In this document: positions 7,375 through 15,981 of the stretch, in pieces | Layout of the letters: each line of letters starts with the position of its first letter | How positions within the stretch are numbered: the stretch's first letter is position 1 | DNA from: Bdellovibrionales bacterium | GTDB taxonomy: Bacteria; Bdellovibrionota; Bdellovibrionia; Bdellovibrionales; UBA1609 | NCBI GenBank assembly: GCA_050633065.1 | Contig: JBOEFV010000027.1 | Span: 3,760-49,076, forward strand | Direction: 5' to 3' | Length of the DNA stretch: 45,317 nt | Translations under genes and position numbers: made by a program | Notes under the pieces: generated by a model | What the model saw: the letters and a program-made list of their open reading frames with translations, nothing else | Told to the model about the DNA's origin: nothing | The model's database searches: none

Positions 7375-10005
7375 ATGTTTTTATCTCAAAAACGGGGTCT
7401 TAAGACCCCTTGGCTTGCGGCCGGAATCCTATTCGGCTTAGCGAATTTAAGCCTTGCGGGCTCGAACTTGAGTCACGAATTGGCTTTGTCTCGAAGCGCC
7501 GTGGTTTCGGACGTTCGGTACAAACTGGGATTGACTCTTCGAGCCAAAAAACCGGATTACACCGGGACCAATGCAATCTATTTTCGACTGAAGAAGGTTC
7601 CGAAAAAACTCCATCTCGATTTTCAGGGTGAAGAGATTCGAAGCCTGAAGGTGAACGGTAAGTCCGTAGCCGGTGCGAAAATCGAAGAGGGAAAAGTTTG
7701 GCTGCCGGTTGCCCACCTGAAAGCGGGAAAGAACCACGTCGAGCTTGCGTTTCGAAACGACTATGACACGGACGGATCGGGTCTTCACAAGATTAAAGAC
7801 TCGGCGGACGGCAAAGAATATGTGTACACCGACTTTGAGCCCTACGACGCCAATCGGATGTTTCCGAGTTTCGATCAGCCCGACCTAAAGGCCTCCTACA
7901 GGCTCACCGTGAAGGCACCGCCGACTTGGAAAGTCGTCGGAAACGGACGAGAGTACGCCACAGTCGGCGACGGCGATTTGGTACGCCACGAGTTTACTCG
8001 TACTGAAAAATTCTCGACCTACATCGCGGCGATGTGTGCCGGACCCTTTGCGGTCTGGACCGATACCCGGGCTCGCATCCCGAGTCGCATTTTCGCGGTG
8101 CAGTCGATGGCCGAACACGTTGATTCGAACAGGATCTTCAAAATCACTCGCCAAGGATTTGATTTCTTCGAAGAATACTTCGATATCAAATACCCGTTTC
8201 ATAAGTATGATCAGATCTTTCTTCCTCAGTTCAACTCGGGGGCAATGGAAAATGTAGGAGCCGTGACCTTTAACGGAAATTACATTTATCGGCATAAAGC
8301 CACCCGAGCCGAGCTGCAGGGACGTTCCAATACCATCCTTCACGAGATGGCTCACATGTGGTTTGGCGATATCGTAACCATGGAATGGTGGAACGACCTT
8401 TGGTTAAACGAGAGCTTCGCCACCTACATGGCGAACTTGGCTCTTGTGGAAGCGACCGAGTACACCGAGTCTTGGCGCCTTTTCACTAAGGGCACTAAAA
8501 CTTGGGCCTACTGGCAAGATCAGCTTCCAACGACCCACCCGATTGAGACCTTGGTTCCCGATACAGATACGACGTTTACCAACTTTGATGGCATCACCTA
8601 CGGAAAAGGAGCCTCCTCTTTAAAGCAACTCGTGTTCTTAATTGGAGAAGAGAACTTTAAACTAGGCCTGGCTGAGTACTTTAAAACTTATGCTACAAAA
8701 AATACAAAACGAGAAGACTTTATTAAAACTCTTCAAAACCACACAAGTGAAAATTTAAAAACCTGGACCAATCAGTGGCTTCAAACAAAAGGCCTTAACA
8801 CAATAACAACAAAATTTACATGCATTGATAACAAGCTAAAAGATATTTCGTTTCTTCAAGGCTACACTAGCGGAGATAAAATTCTTAGGACTCATAAGGT
8901 AGAGTTCGCTATGTGGCTTGAGGACTCCTCCTTAAAGCCTGAAGAAGTTTTTACTTTAAGAATTAGTGGAGAAGAAACTAATTGGACTCCTTTAAAAGAG
9001 GTAGCTTGCCCAAAAGCAGTTTTTCCTAACTGGAATGACCATGGCTATATCAAGGTTTCTTTAGATGAGGCCTCTTCAGGCTTCTTACTAAAAAATATTC
9101 ATAGATTTGAATCAAACCTCTTTAAGTCACAGCTTTGGACAATCTTAAACAGCAAACTTAAATTTGGAGAGATCGCTCCTGAAGATGTCATCGCCTTACT
9201 AAAAACGGAAATCCCTAAAGAGAACAATTCTGATGTTTTAAACTCTATTCTAAAACTCCTCTACCCTGACCACCCTATATTTGAACTCTACACTGATAAA
9301 AAGAGAGCTGTAAAAGAGCGAAAAAGCTTTGCAAAAACTTTAAAGTCTCGCATTCTAGAAACAACAGATACGGATTTAAAGAAAATTCTTTTTAGAAAAT
9401 GGGTTTACAGCTCTTATGAAGATAATCCTTTTTCAATATATAAATGCTTAACTAAGTGCTCTTTTGATCAAGGCTTTGTAATTGATCTTGATACGAAATG
9501 GTTTATTGCAAATAAATTATCAGCAGTAAGATTTAAAAAGAATTCTTATGTTAAAGAGCTTTCAAAAAAAGATCCTTCAAGACGTGGGGTTTTAAACAAG
9601 CTTGCCTCAAAAGTAAGTTATGCAAAAAATAAAGAGCCTTGGCTCTCTAAAGCCCTAGATGAAACCTCAGGACTGTCTCTTAAAGAACGCATTACTATTT
9701 TAAAGAATATTGTTCCCTTTACGCAAAGAGAAAAGTACTTCACTTTTAAGCAAAATAGCTTTTTTGAAAAAATAGACCAGATTTCTCTCCTTCCTCTTAG
9801 AGTACAAAGAGCTTTTGCTGAAAATTTCGCGCCCTTGTTCTGCGGAGAATTTTCTAACAATATTCCTATTACAGAAGAGCAAGTAAATGGGGCCCCCTGG
9901 AACTATGGTGTTCAAAAACAACTGCTAAAAAAGTTAGATATTGAAAAAAGGTGTTTAAAAATTAAAGGCGCCTCTAATTTAATAAAAAAGAAAGGTTCAA
10001 ATTAA
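7375..10005 (+). CDS. pepN: Aminopeptidase N (M1 family), copy 2; hybrid ORF with GC-rich 5' half and AT-rich 3' half
   Basis: Same M1 motifs as copy 1; abrupt change in base composition and codon usage at about 8580-8640 with the frame kept open. Confidence 0.9.
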   Translation: MFLSQKRGLKTPWLAAGILFGLANLSLAGSNLSHELALSRSAVVSDVRYKLGLTLRAKKPDYTGTNAIYFRLKKVPKKLHLDFQGEEIRSLKVNGKSVAGAKIEEGKVWLPVAHLKAGKNHVELAFRNDYDTDGSGLHKIKDSADGKEYVYTDFEPYDANRMFPSFDQPDLKASYRLTVKAPPTWKVVGNGREYATVGDGDLVRHEFTRTEKFSTYIAAMCAGPFAVWTDTRARIPSRIFAVQSMAEHVDSNRIFKITRQGFDFFEEYFDIKYPFHKYDQIFLPQFNSGAMENVGAVTFNGNYIYRHKATRAELQGRSNTILHEMAHMWFGDIVTMEWWNDLWLNESFATYMANLALVEATEYTESWRLFTKGTKTWAYWQDQLPTTHPIETLVPDTDTTFTNFDGITYGKGASSLKQLVFLIGEENFKLGLAEYFKTYATKNTKREDFIKTLQNHTSENLKTWTNQWLQTKGLNTITTKFTCIDNKLKDISFLQGYTSGDKILRTHKVEFAMWLEDSSLKPEEVFTLRISGEETNWTPLKEVACPKAVFPNWNDHGYIKVSLDEASSGFLLKNIHRFESNLFKSQLWTILNSKLKFGEIAPEDVIALLKTEIPKENNSDVLNSILKLLYPDHPIFELYTDKKRAVKERKSFAKTLKSRILETTDTDLKKILFRKWVYSSYEDNPFSIYKCLTKCSFDQGFVIDLDTKWFIANKLSAVRFKKNSYVKELSKKDPSRRGVLNKLASKVSYAKNKEPWLSKALDETSGLSLKERITILKNIVPFTQREKYFTFKQNSFFEKIDQISLLPLRVQRAFAENFAPLFCGEFSNNIPITEEQVNGAPWNYGVQKQLLKKLDIEKRCLKIKGASNLIKKKGSN
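8580..8640. other. Compositional junction between a GC-rich and an AT-rich segment
   Basis: Hand-counted GC per 60-nt line: 8461 = 30/60, 8521 = 32/60, 8581 = 26/60, 8641 = 21/60, 8701 = 15/60; the sequence stays AT-rich to the window end. Confidence 0.92.
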
Positions 10006-10640
10006 TGGAAAAACTAATTATTTTTGATTGCGATGGAGTTTTAGTTGATAGCGAATCTATTACAAACCAAGTTCTAGTTGATTATGTAAATGAATTTGGT
10101 GTGGGCATCACTTTAGAGAGAGCTTTAGAACTGTTTCAAGGAGGCACCATTGCCGACTGGATTCACTATGTGAAAGTTGAGCATGATATTGAACTTCCAC
10201 AGGAGTTTGTTTCAAACTTTAGGCACAAAATGAAGGTCGCTTTTGAAAAAGAGCTTGAACCTGTTTCTGGAGTAGAAAAGCTTATAGAGTCTTTAAACTG
10301 TAAGATTTGTATTGCCTCAAACGGCCCTATGGAAAAAATGGAAACCACTTTAAGGGTCACTAAACTTAATAGGTACTTTGGCGAGAACATCTATTCTGCT
10401 TACCAAATTAACAAATTTAAACCAGATCCATCTCTGTTTTTACATGCCGCTAAAGAAATGGGGATTGAACCTCAGCACTGCACCGTAATTGAGGATAGCC
10501 CTAGAGGAGCTCAAGCTGCTGTAGCCGCAGGCATGACCGTTTATGGCTATGATGTTTATGGAAAAACCCAGGCTTTAATCGATAATGGAGCCCTCCTCTT
10601 TACCAAAATGACGGATTTAATAGATAGAATAGGAGTATGA
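10005..10640 (+). CDS. HAD-superfamily hydrolase (subfamily IA)
   Basis: IIFDCDGVLVDS, ASN, KPDP, VIEDS motifs; TAATG overlap with the pepN stop. Confidence 0.93.
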   Translation: MEKLIIFDCDGVLVDSESITNQVLVDYVNEFGVGITLERALELFQGGTIADWIHYVKVEHDIELPQEFVSNFRHKMKVAFEKELEPVSGVEKLIESLNCKICIASNGPMEKMETTLRVTKLNRYFGENIYSAYQINKFKPDPSLFLHAAKEMGIEPQHCTVIEDSPRGAQAAVAAGMTVYGYDVYGKTQALIDNGALLFTKMTDLIDRIGV

Positions 10641-11947
10641 TTTTAAAGCCCTTTTTCTTCTCTATTTTATTACTCACTGTGAGCTCTATAAGTGGCGCTG
10701 CTACAGTTAAAAAGAAAGTTAAAAAAGGACCCGATTTTGATTTTGGTTTAAACTTAACGAATGAACATTTTGTAGAACTTGATAGTCAAAACACTTATGA
10801 CGCTGAACTCTACTTTAAGTATCGCCATAAGTTTAACAAACACCTTGGTCTTATCCTCTCTCCACATATTGATCTAAACAGGTATAAAAACTCAAAAGAT
10901 AGATCATACCTTCTAAGAACTGAAAACTCCGGGCTTTATGCAAACTACAATAAATTTTCTTTAACAGCTGGGTTTTTATCTCACTCTTTTGGCTTGTCTC
11001 AGCTCTTTAGCCCTTTAAATTTTGTAGATACAGCCTCATACTGGTCCCCTTTCAACGCTCAAAAAATTTCAAGTCCTACACTTAGGTTCACCTATAAGAC
11101 AAAGGCTGTCAGGCTCTTTACTTCCTATATGCCAAAAAGATTTGAAAATCTTTACCCTGGAAACAACACTCCGTTTATCCCTACTAAAATACCCGGAAAT
11201 TTAAAGTCCGAGGGGGACACTTATCTTTTTCCTGAAACGGCTAATTACAGTATCGAAGACAGTGAAACCATTGATGATGCTCTAAGTGGAAACTTCGTAG
11301 GTGGTATAAGACTTAAGCTTGATCCTTTTTTAACACAGCTTCTATACTACAGAGGAGTCGATACAGACCCTTCTGTAGATTTAAATCTTAACCTAACAGC
11401 CCTTGACCTCACCCCAGGACAAAGAGTTTTTCAAATTGATAATCCTATTGGAGTGATTCCTATATATCAGAAAGTTGAAAGACTTGGTTTAAGCGTAAGG
11501 TACACACTTCCTTTTAAATGGCGCCTCCTTTATGAAGGAAACATTTCTAAAGGTGATGAGAATGTAAGACAAGGCTATAGAGAAAGCCAGACACATACTG
11601 CAGGGCTTGAATGGGGTGTTCCTATTGGCAACACTCTCCTCCTTGGTGTCCTTCAGGCTTATAAATCTAAAAACAGCAGTGACTCTTCTCTTGGCCTAGT
11701 CTCCCCTTTTAGAGAAGCTTATCTCTTTGGAGCTAATTGGAAGTATAAAAAATATGATTTAAGTGGTGGTTATTTTGTAAGTAAATCTTTAAAGTTTTCT
11801 TTATACAATTTTAAAGTTGGTTATAAGATCAATAAAAACTTTAAGTTTAACTTATCTGGAAATATTCTTGAAGGTGAGCTCATAGAGCTTCTTAGTGGAC
11901 TTCTTGATAGGGATACTGTTTCAGCCCAAATACAATACAATTACTAA
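10637..11947 (+). CDS. Putative outer-membrane beta-barrel protein
   Basis: Signal peptide, alternating amphipathic strands, C-terminal VSAQIQYNY resembling a BAM beta-signal; ATGA overlap with the HAD gene. Confidence 0.65.
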   Translation: MILKPFFFSILLLTVSSISGAATVKKKVKKGPDFDFGLNLTNEHFVELDSQNTYDAELYFKYRHKFNKHLGLILSPHIDLNRYKNSKDRSYLLRTENSGLYANYNKFSLTAGFLSHSFGLSQLFSPLNFVDTASYWSPFNAQKISSPTLRFTYKTKAVRLFTSYMPKRFENLYPGNNTPFIPTKIPGNLKSEGDTYLFPETANYSIEDSETIDDALSGNFVGGIRLKLDPFLTQLLYYRGVDTDPSVDLNLNLTALDLTPGQRVFQIDNPIGVIPIYQKVERLGLSVRYTLPFKWRLLYEGNISKGDENVRQGYRESQTHTAGLEWGVPIGNTLLLGVLQAYKSKNSSDSSLGLVSPFREAYLFGANWKYKKYDLSGGYFVSKSLKFSLYNFKVGYKINKNFKFNLSGNILEGELIELLSGLLDRDTVSAQIQYNY

Positions 11948-11959
11948 TTATTTTGTTAT

Positions 11960-13456
11960 TTACTTTACTGCTTTCACACTTGCTAAAGATCTTGTCTCTT
12001 CTTTTTCTTTAAGCTCAACATTTAAAAAGAATGCTTTTTGAGTTTCTTTCATAGAAACAGCTTGAATATAATCTGAAATTCCAAGGTCTTTCCATGTATA
12101 GTTAAACTCCATTCCCTTAAAAGCATTCTCAACTCTTGGCATAATCATGCTCATCCAAGGCTTTCCCATAGGCTTAGATTTTCTCCACTTAGTCATTAAA
12201 GGACTCCATGAACGCTTAGCACTCACATCAGGATTTTTAACAACAAAAGAAAAACCTTCATTATTTAAATCTAAGTCTATCGAACCTTTTAAACCTCCAT
12301 AGAAATTCATATATGGATACTCAGTTCCCCTACTATTTAAAAAACTCATTTCTATATCGTGACGACCATTAAGATTGTAAGAGAATCCACTTCCCCTTGT
12401 CTTTACAAGATGAACCTTTGTATCAGTTATTGCTATATCTGTTTTAAAGTTTGAGTCTTTTCTAAAGTTTAAAAGGTCACTCCATACAAAAAACTGGATA
12501 AATCGACTGTTAAATAAAAAGTCTACCCCTGGAATATCGGCTCTATACATTTGAAAAGAAAGGCTGCTTTCCTTTATAATATCAGGAACTAGCTTAGAGA
12601 AAAACTCTTTAGGAAGAAGTATTCCCGCCTCATCAGTAAATGATTCAAAAGCTCCTTTTTCTAAAAGAAGTTTGTAGTCTTTCTTATTGTTTTCAGCTTT
12701 AACAGACCCTTTTACCTGTAAATAATTTTCAAAAAATTCAATATCTTCAACTATTAATGAAACCTCTGTTCCGAGAAGGTCAAATTTAAGATCATTCTCT
12801 TTAATTCTTTCCCAGTTTTCATTAAGGAATTCCTGTCCATAAGAAATAGCTTGTTCAAAAAGCAGCTCTTTTCCCTCAGCCGAATTTATCCATTCTTTAA
12901 TCTCATCTTTAAAAATTAGATCAACACCTTTTGGCCCTGTACAGCTTGAAAAGTCGATACTTATATCGCCGCCATCTAGATCAAAAACTCCTTTATCTTT
13001 ATTTAAATTTAACGTTTTCCCATCAAAGGCTATAGATGTGCTCATATGCCCTTTCCAGTTCTCTAATATAATTGGAAGACTTTCACATTTTATAATTGTT
13101 TTCACTCTTGCGCGAACACCAGATCTTTTAACAACTGTGATGTTTTCATAATAAAAGCCTTCTAAAAGAAGTGTTAATTTTTTAAAGTTAATTTCAGCCG
13201 ATGCTCTATCAAAACCATCTAACTCAAAGTTTATTAATGAATCTAGAGAAAGGCTCACTCTTCTTTTTTGAATCTCATCAAAAAAGCCACCTCCCCCAAA
13301 TTCAATTTCTTCATCTTCTACAGTAAAATCTCCTGAAAGCTCTTTTAAAAGAGTGTTAGTTTTATCAATCGATATAGAAACGCCAATTTCTGAAGAAAGG
13401 GCCCCGAATGTATTGACTGAGAAAGCTAAAAATAAAAGAAATAAAAGTTTTTGCAT
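11960..13456 (-). CDS. Secreted hypothetical protein, possibly TULIP/BPI-like fold
   Basis: 498 aa, signal peptide, long beta strands alternating with long helices, one Cys pair; the fold is an inference. Confidence 0.55.
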   Translation of the reverse strand: MQKLLFLLFLAFSVNTFGALSSEIGVSISIDKTNTLLKELSGDFTVEDEEIEFGGGGFFDEIQKRRVSLSLDSLINFELDGFDRASAEINFKKLTLLLEGFYYENITVVKRSGVRARVKTIIKCESLPIILENWKGHMSTSIAFDGKTLNLNKDKGVFDLDGGDISIDFSSCTGPKGVDLIFKDEIKEWINSAEGKELLFEQAISYGQEFLNENWERIKENDLKFDLLGTEVSLIVEDIEFFENYLQVKGSVKAENNKKDYKLLLEKGAFESFTDEAGILLPKEFFSKLVPDIIKESSLSFQMYRADIPGVDFLFNSRFIQFFVWSDLLNFRKDSNFKTDIAITDTKVHLVKTRGSGFSYNLNGRHDIEMSFLNSRGTEYPYMNFYGGLKGSIDLDLNNEGFSFVVKNPDVSAKRSWSPLMTKWRKSKPMGKPWMSMIMPRVENAFKGMEFNYTWKDLGISDYIQAVSMKETQKAFFLNVELKEKEETRSLASVKAVK

Positions 13457-13734
13457 GAAGAGCCTATCGTAAGCTCTCTTTATGGATTCAAGTCCCAGAC
13501 CAAGGTTTGTATGACAAACCCTTCGACCCCATTAAAATAGGCAAAAAGGCCTTATTCTTTGAGAAGATTGTTTATCTTTTTTACAGATTGATAAGGAATC
13601 TAGATTTTAAGAAATGGCTAGCTTGTCCCTGAGAAAACCTCTCATTTCCCTCAAAACCTTGAACGCTTTTTTGCATAGCTTTAGTATTTAAATTCTAAAT
13701 GATAACAAACTGAAAACAGAAATGGAGATCACCT

Positions 13735-14133
13735 ATGAAATCTACTAGAAGAGACCTTCTTAAAAAGGCCGCTTTAGGCGGTACAGCACTAGCAGCAGTA
13801 AACTTAACAGCCGCTTGTTCTAAGAAAGAAACAACATCTAGCGATGCTTCAGCTCCTGCTGAAAAAGAAGCTACTACAGCTACACCTTATGTAGAAACCA
13901 GCAACACAACGGCTCAAGCACTTGGTTATACTGAAGATGCTGCCAGTCTTGAAGAGGGTGCTAGACCTGATAAAGGTGCAACAAAAGGTGCTGATCAAAC
14001 ATGTGTAAACTGCCAGTTTTATACAGCTGACAGCTCTACTGATGGAGTTGGTGGTAAATGTAGCCTATTCCCAGGAAAGCTTGTTAAAGGTGCTGGCTGG
14101 TGCCGCAGCTGGAGCTTAAAAGCTCAAGTATAA
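13735..14133 (+). CDS. High-potential iron-sulfur protein (HiPIP), Tat-exported lipoprotein
   Basis: Tat motif STRRDLLK, lipobox LTAAC, AQALGY motif, four Cys in CVNCQFY...CSLFPGKLV...GWC; GGAG RBS. Confidence 0.92.
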   Translation: MKSTRRDLLKKAALGGTALAAVNLTAACSKKETTSSDASAPAEKEATTATPYVETSNTTAQALGYTEDAASLEEGARPDKGATKGADQTCVNCQFYTADSSTDGVGGKCSLFPGKLVKGAGWCRSWSLKAQV

Positions 14134-14213
14134 GGCTTTAAAGCTTAATTATTCCACATTTACCTATATAAACTACCCATACCAATCTAGACCCGATAGG
14201 ATTCCGGGTTGGT

Positions 14214-14897
14214 ATGGATCTAAAAAAGCTTATTAAATCTTTTCTTTTTTCAAAGCATTTCCTAGTAGTTTTTCTACTTATATTCACACAACTTATCATC
14301 ATTAGCCTTCTACAAATTTTTGTTAAAATGAACGCTTACAATGACAGTGACCAGCTTAGGTTTGCATTGATGACTTTCATGGTCTCTCTTCTTTTTGGAG
14401 GGTTTATAAAGATTTATTCGTTTTTCCATTTCGGAGCTATATTAAACCTTCATAAAGAGACGTCTTTAATGACGTTTGCAGCACTACATTTTAGTGATTG
14501 GATTGTTACTGAAGTCAGAGCCCAAGTTCGAGTTTTGCTAAGGTTATTCCTTCTTATAATTCCAGGGGTTATTGAGGCTGTGAGATTAAGCTTCGCACTT
14601 CCAAGTGTTTTCCTTAATCCAAACATGAAAGACCCTCACTATGACCCTATTGAGGATTCAAGAGATAAACTCCCTTTAAAAAGTCCCTTTTTGATCCCTT
14701 TATTCTTCTTTACCATGGCTTTACCAATCATTCTTTTTGTAGCTACAAACTCTGAGCGAGTTTTATTTGAAACTCCAACAAACATAATACTTGGAGTTAT
14801 GGCTTCAGCGATTCAAGCTACAGGTGTTGTTATTAGCTTTGCATACGTCTTAAATCTTTATTCTAATATTTTTACAACTGATCAAGAAACACTATAA
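14214..14897 (+). CDS. Hypothetical multi-pass membrane protein
   Basis: 227 aa with several hydrophobic segments; LFLLIIPG motif common in integral membrane proteins. Confidence 0.7.
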   Translation: MDLKKLIKSFLFSKHFLVVFLLIFTQLIIISLLQIFVKMNAYNDSDQLRFALMTFMVSLLFGGFIKIYSFFHFGAILNLHKETSLMTFAALHFSDWIVTEVRAQVRVLLRLFLLIIPGVIEAVRLSFALPSVFLNPNMKDPHYDPIEDSRDKLPLKSPFLIPLFFFTMALPIILFVATNSERVLFETPTNIILGVMASAIQATGVVISFAYVLNLYSNIFTTDQETL

Positions 14898-14929
14898 AAC
14901 CAAAACTCAAAACATTAAGGAGAGACATA

Positions 14930-15979
14930 ATGGGAGCTTTTTTAACTAGACATGATATTGCTGATAGACCTGAGGGGCTTACGTTTGATGACGTACTTGT
15001 TGTGCCTTGTAAATCTGAAGTAAAATCAAGAAAAGATCCTGATCTTAGTTCTCAAATCACAAAAAAAATCACACGTGAGACACCTATCATCAGTTCTAAT
15101 ATGGACACTGTTACTGAAGGTGATATGGCAAAAGCCATGTCTGATCTTGGAGGGGTTGGTATTCTTCATAGATTTATAGATGTTGAACAACAGATTCAAG
15201 AACTTGAACTAGTTAAAAAATCAAAATCACCTTTACTTGCAGCAAGTGTTGGTATTGGAGATAAAGGTAAAGAAAGGGCAAAAGCTTTATTTGATGCCGG
15301 TGTTGAACTTATCACAATTGATATTGCTCACGGGCACAGCTCAACTATGATGGATTTAACTTCTTGGATTAAAAAAGAATTTCCTAGTCTTGAAGTTATT
15401 GCAGGAAATGTTGCAACGCCTGAAGCTGTTAAAGACCTTGCAAACGCTGGAGCTGACGCCATTAAAGTCGGAATTGGCCCTGGTTCTATGTGCACCACTA
15501 GAATCATAACAGGTTGTGGTCTGCCACAACTCACTGCTATTGCTATGTGTAAGCTTGAAGCTGAAAAGCACAATGTTCCTATTATTGCAGATGGAGGAAT
15601 CAAAACTTCAGGTGATATCTTTAAAGCATTTTGTGCTGGAGCAGATTCTGTAATGCTTGGATCTTTACTTGCCGGAACTTTAGAAAGTCCTGGTGAAGTT
15701 CGTCATGGTAAAAAACTTTATCGAGGTATGGCTTCTCGCTCAGCTCAAGATTCTTGGAGAGGCGGGGTTGCTAAAGGAATGGCTCCTGAGGGTGAGTCTC
15801 ATATGATTAACATCAAAGGTCATGTTGAGAGTGTTGTTATGGAGCTTACAGGAGGAGTAAGATCTGGAATGAGTTATATTAATGCTATCCAATTCTCAGA
15901 TATTAAAGACAACGCAAGATTTATTAAAATGAGTACTTCAGGAATTAGAGAATCTGTTGCGCACGGGCTTTCTCTTTAA
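14930..15979 (+). CDS. IMP dehydrogenase/GMP reductase family protein lacking CBS domains
   Basis: LTFDDVL, SNMDTVT, DIAHGHS, AGNVAT, KVGIGPGSMCTTR, IIADGGI, YRGMAS; AAGGAG RBS. Confidence 0.93.
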   Translation: MGAFLTRHDIADRPEGLTFDDVLVVPCKSEVKSRKDPDLSSQITKKITRETPIISSNMDTVTEGDMAKAMSDLGGVGILHRFIDVEQQIQELELVKKSKSPLLAASVGIGDKGKERAKALFDAGVELITIDIAHGHSSTMMDLTSWIKKEFPSLEVIAGNVATPEAVKDLANAGADAIKVGIGPGSMCTTRIITGCGLPQLTAIAMCKLEAEKHNVPIIADGGIKTSGDIFKAFCAGADSVMLGSLLAGTLESPGEVRHGKKLYRGMASRSAQDSWRGGVAKGMAPEGESHMINIKGHVESVVMELTGGVRSGMSYINAIQFSDIKDNARFIKMSTSGIRESVAHGLSL

Positions 15980-15981
15980 TT

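Noticed and set aside
465-8355. Many 60-245 aa alternative-frame and antisense ORFs in the GC-rich part
   Set aside because: They lie within well-supported genes and are expected shadows at this GC content.
1-8600. GC-rich segment as a genomic island or prophage
   Set aside because: No integrase, transposase, phage gene, tRNA or flanking repeat; the boundary is inside a conserved gene, which fits a chimera or homologous recombination better.
14897-14930. Purine riboswitch before the IMPDH/GMPR-family gene
   Set aside because: The spacer is about 32 nt, too short and without the aptamer pattern.
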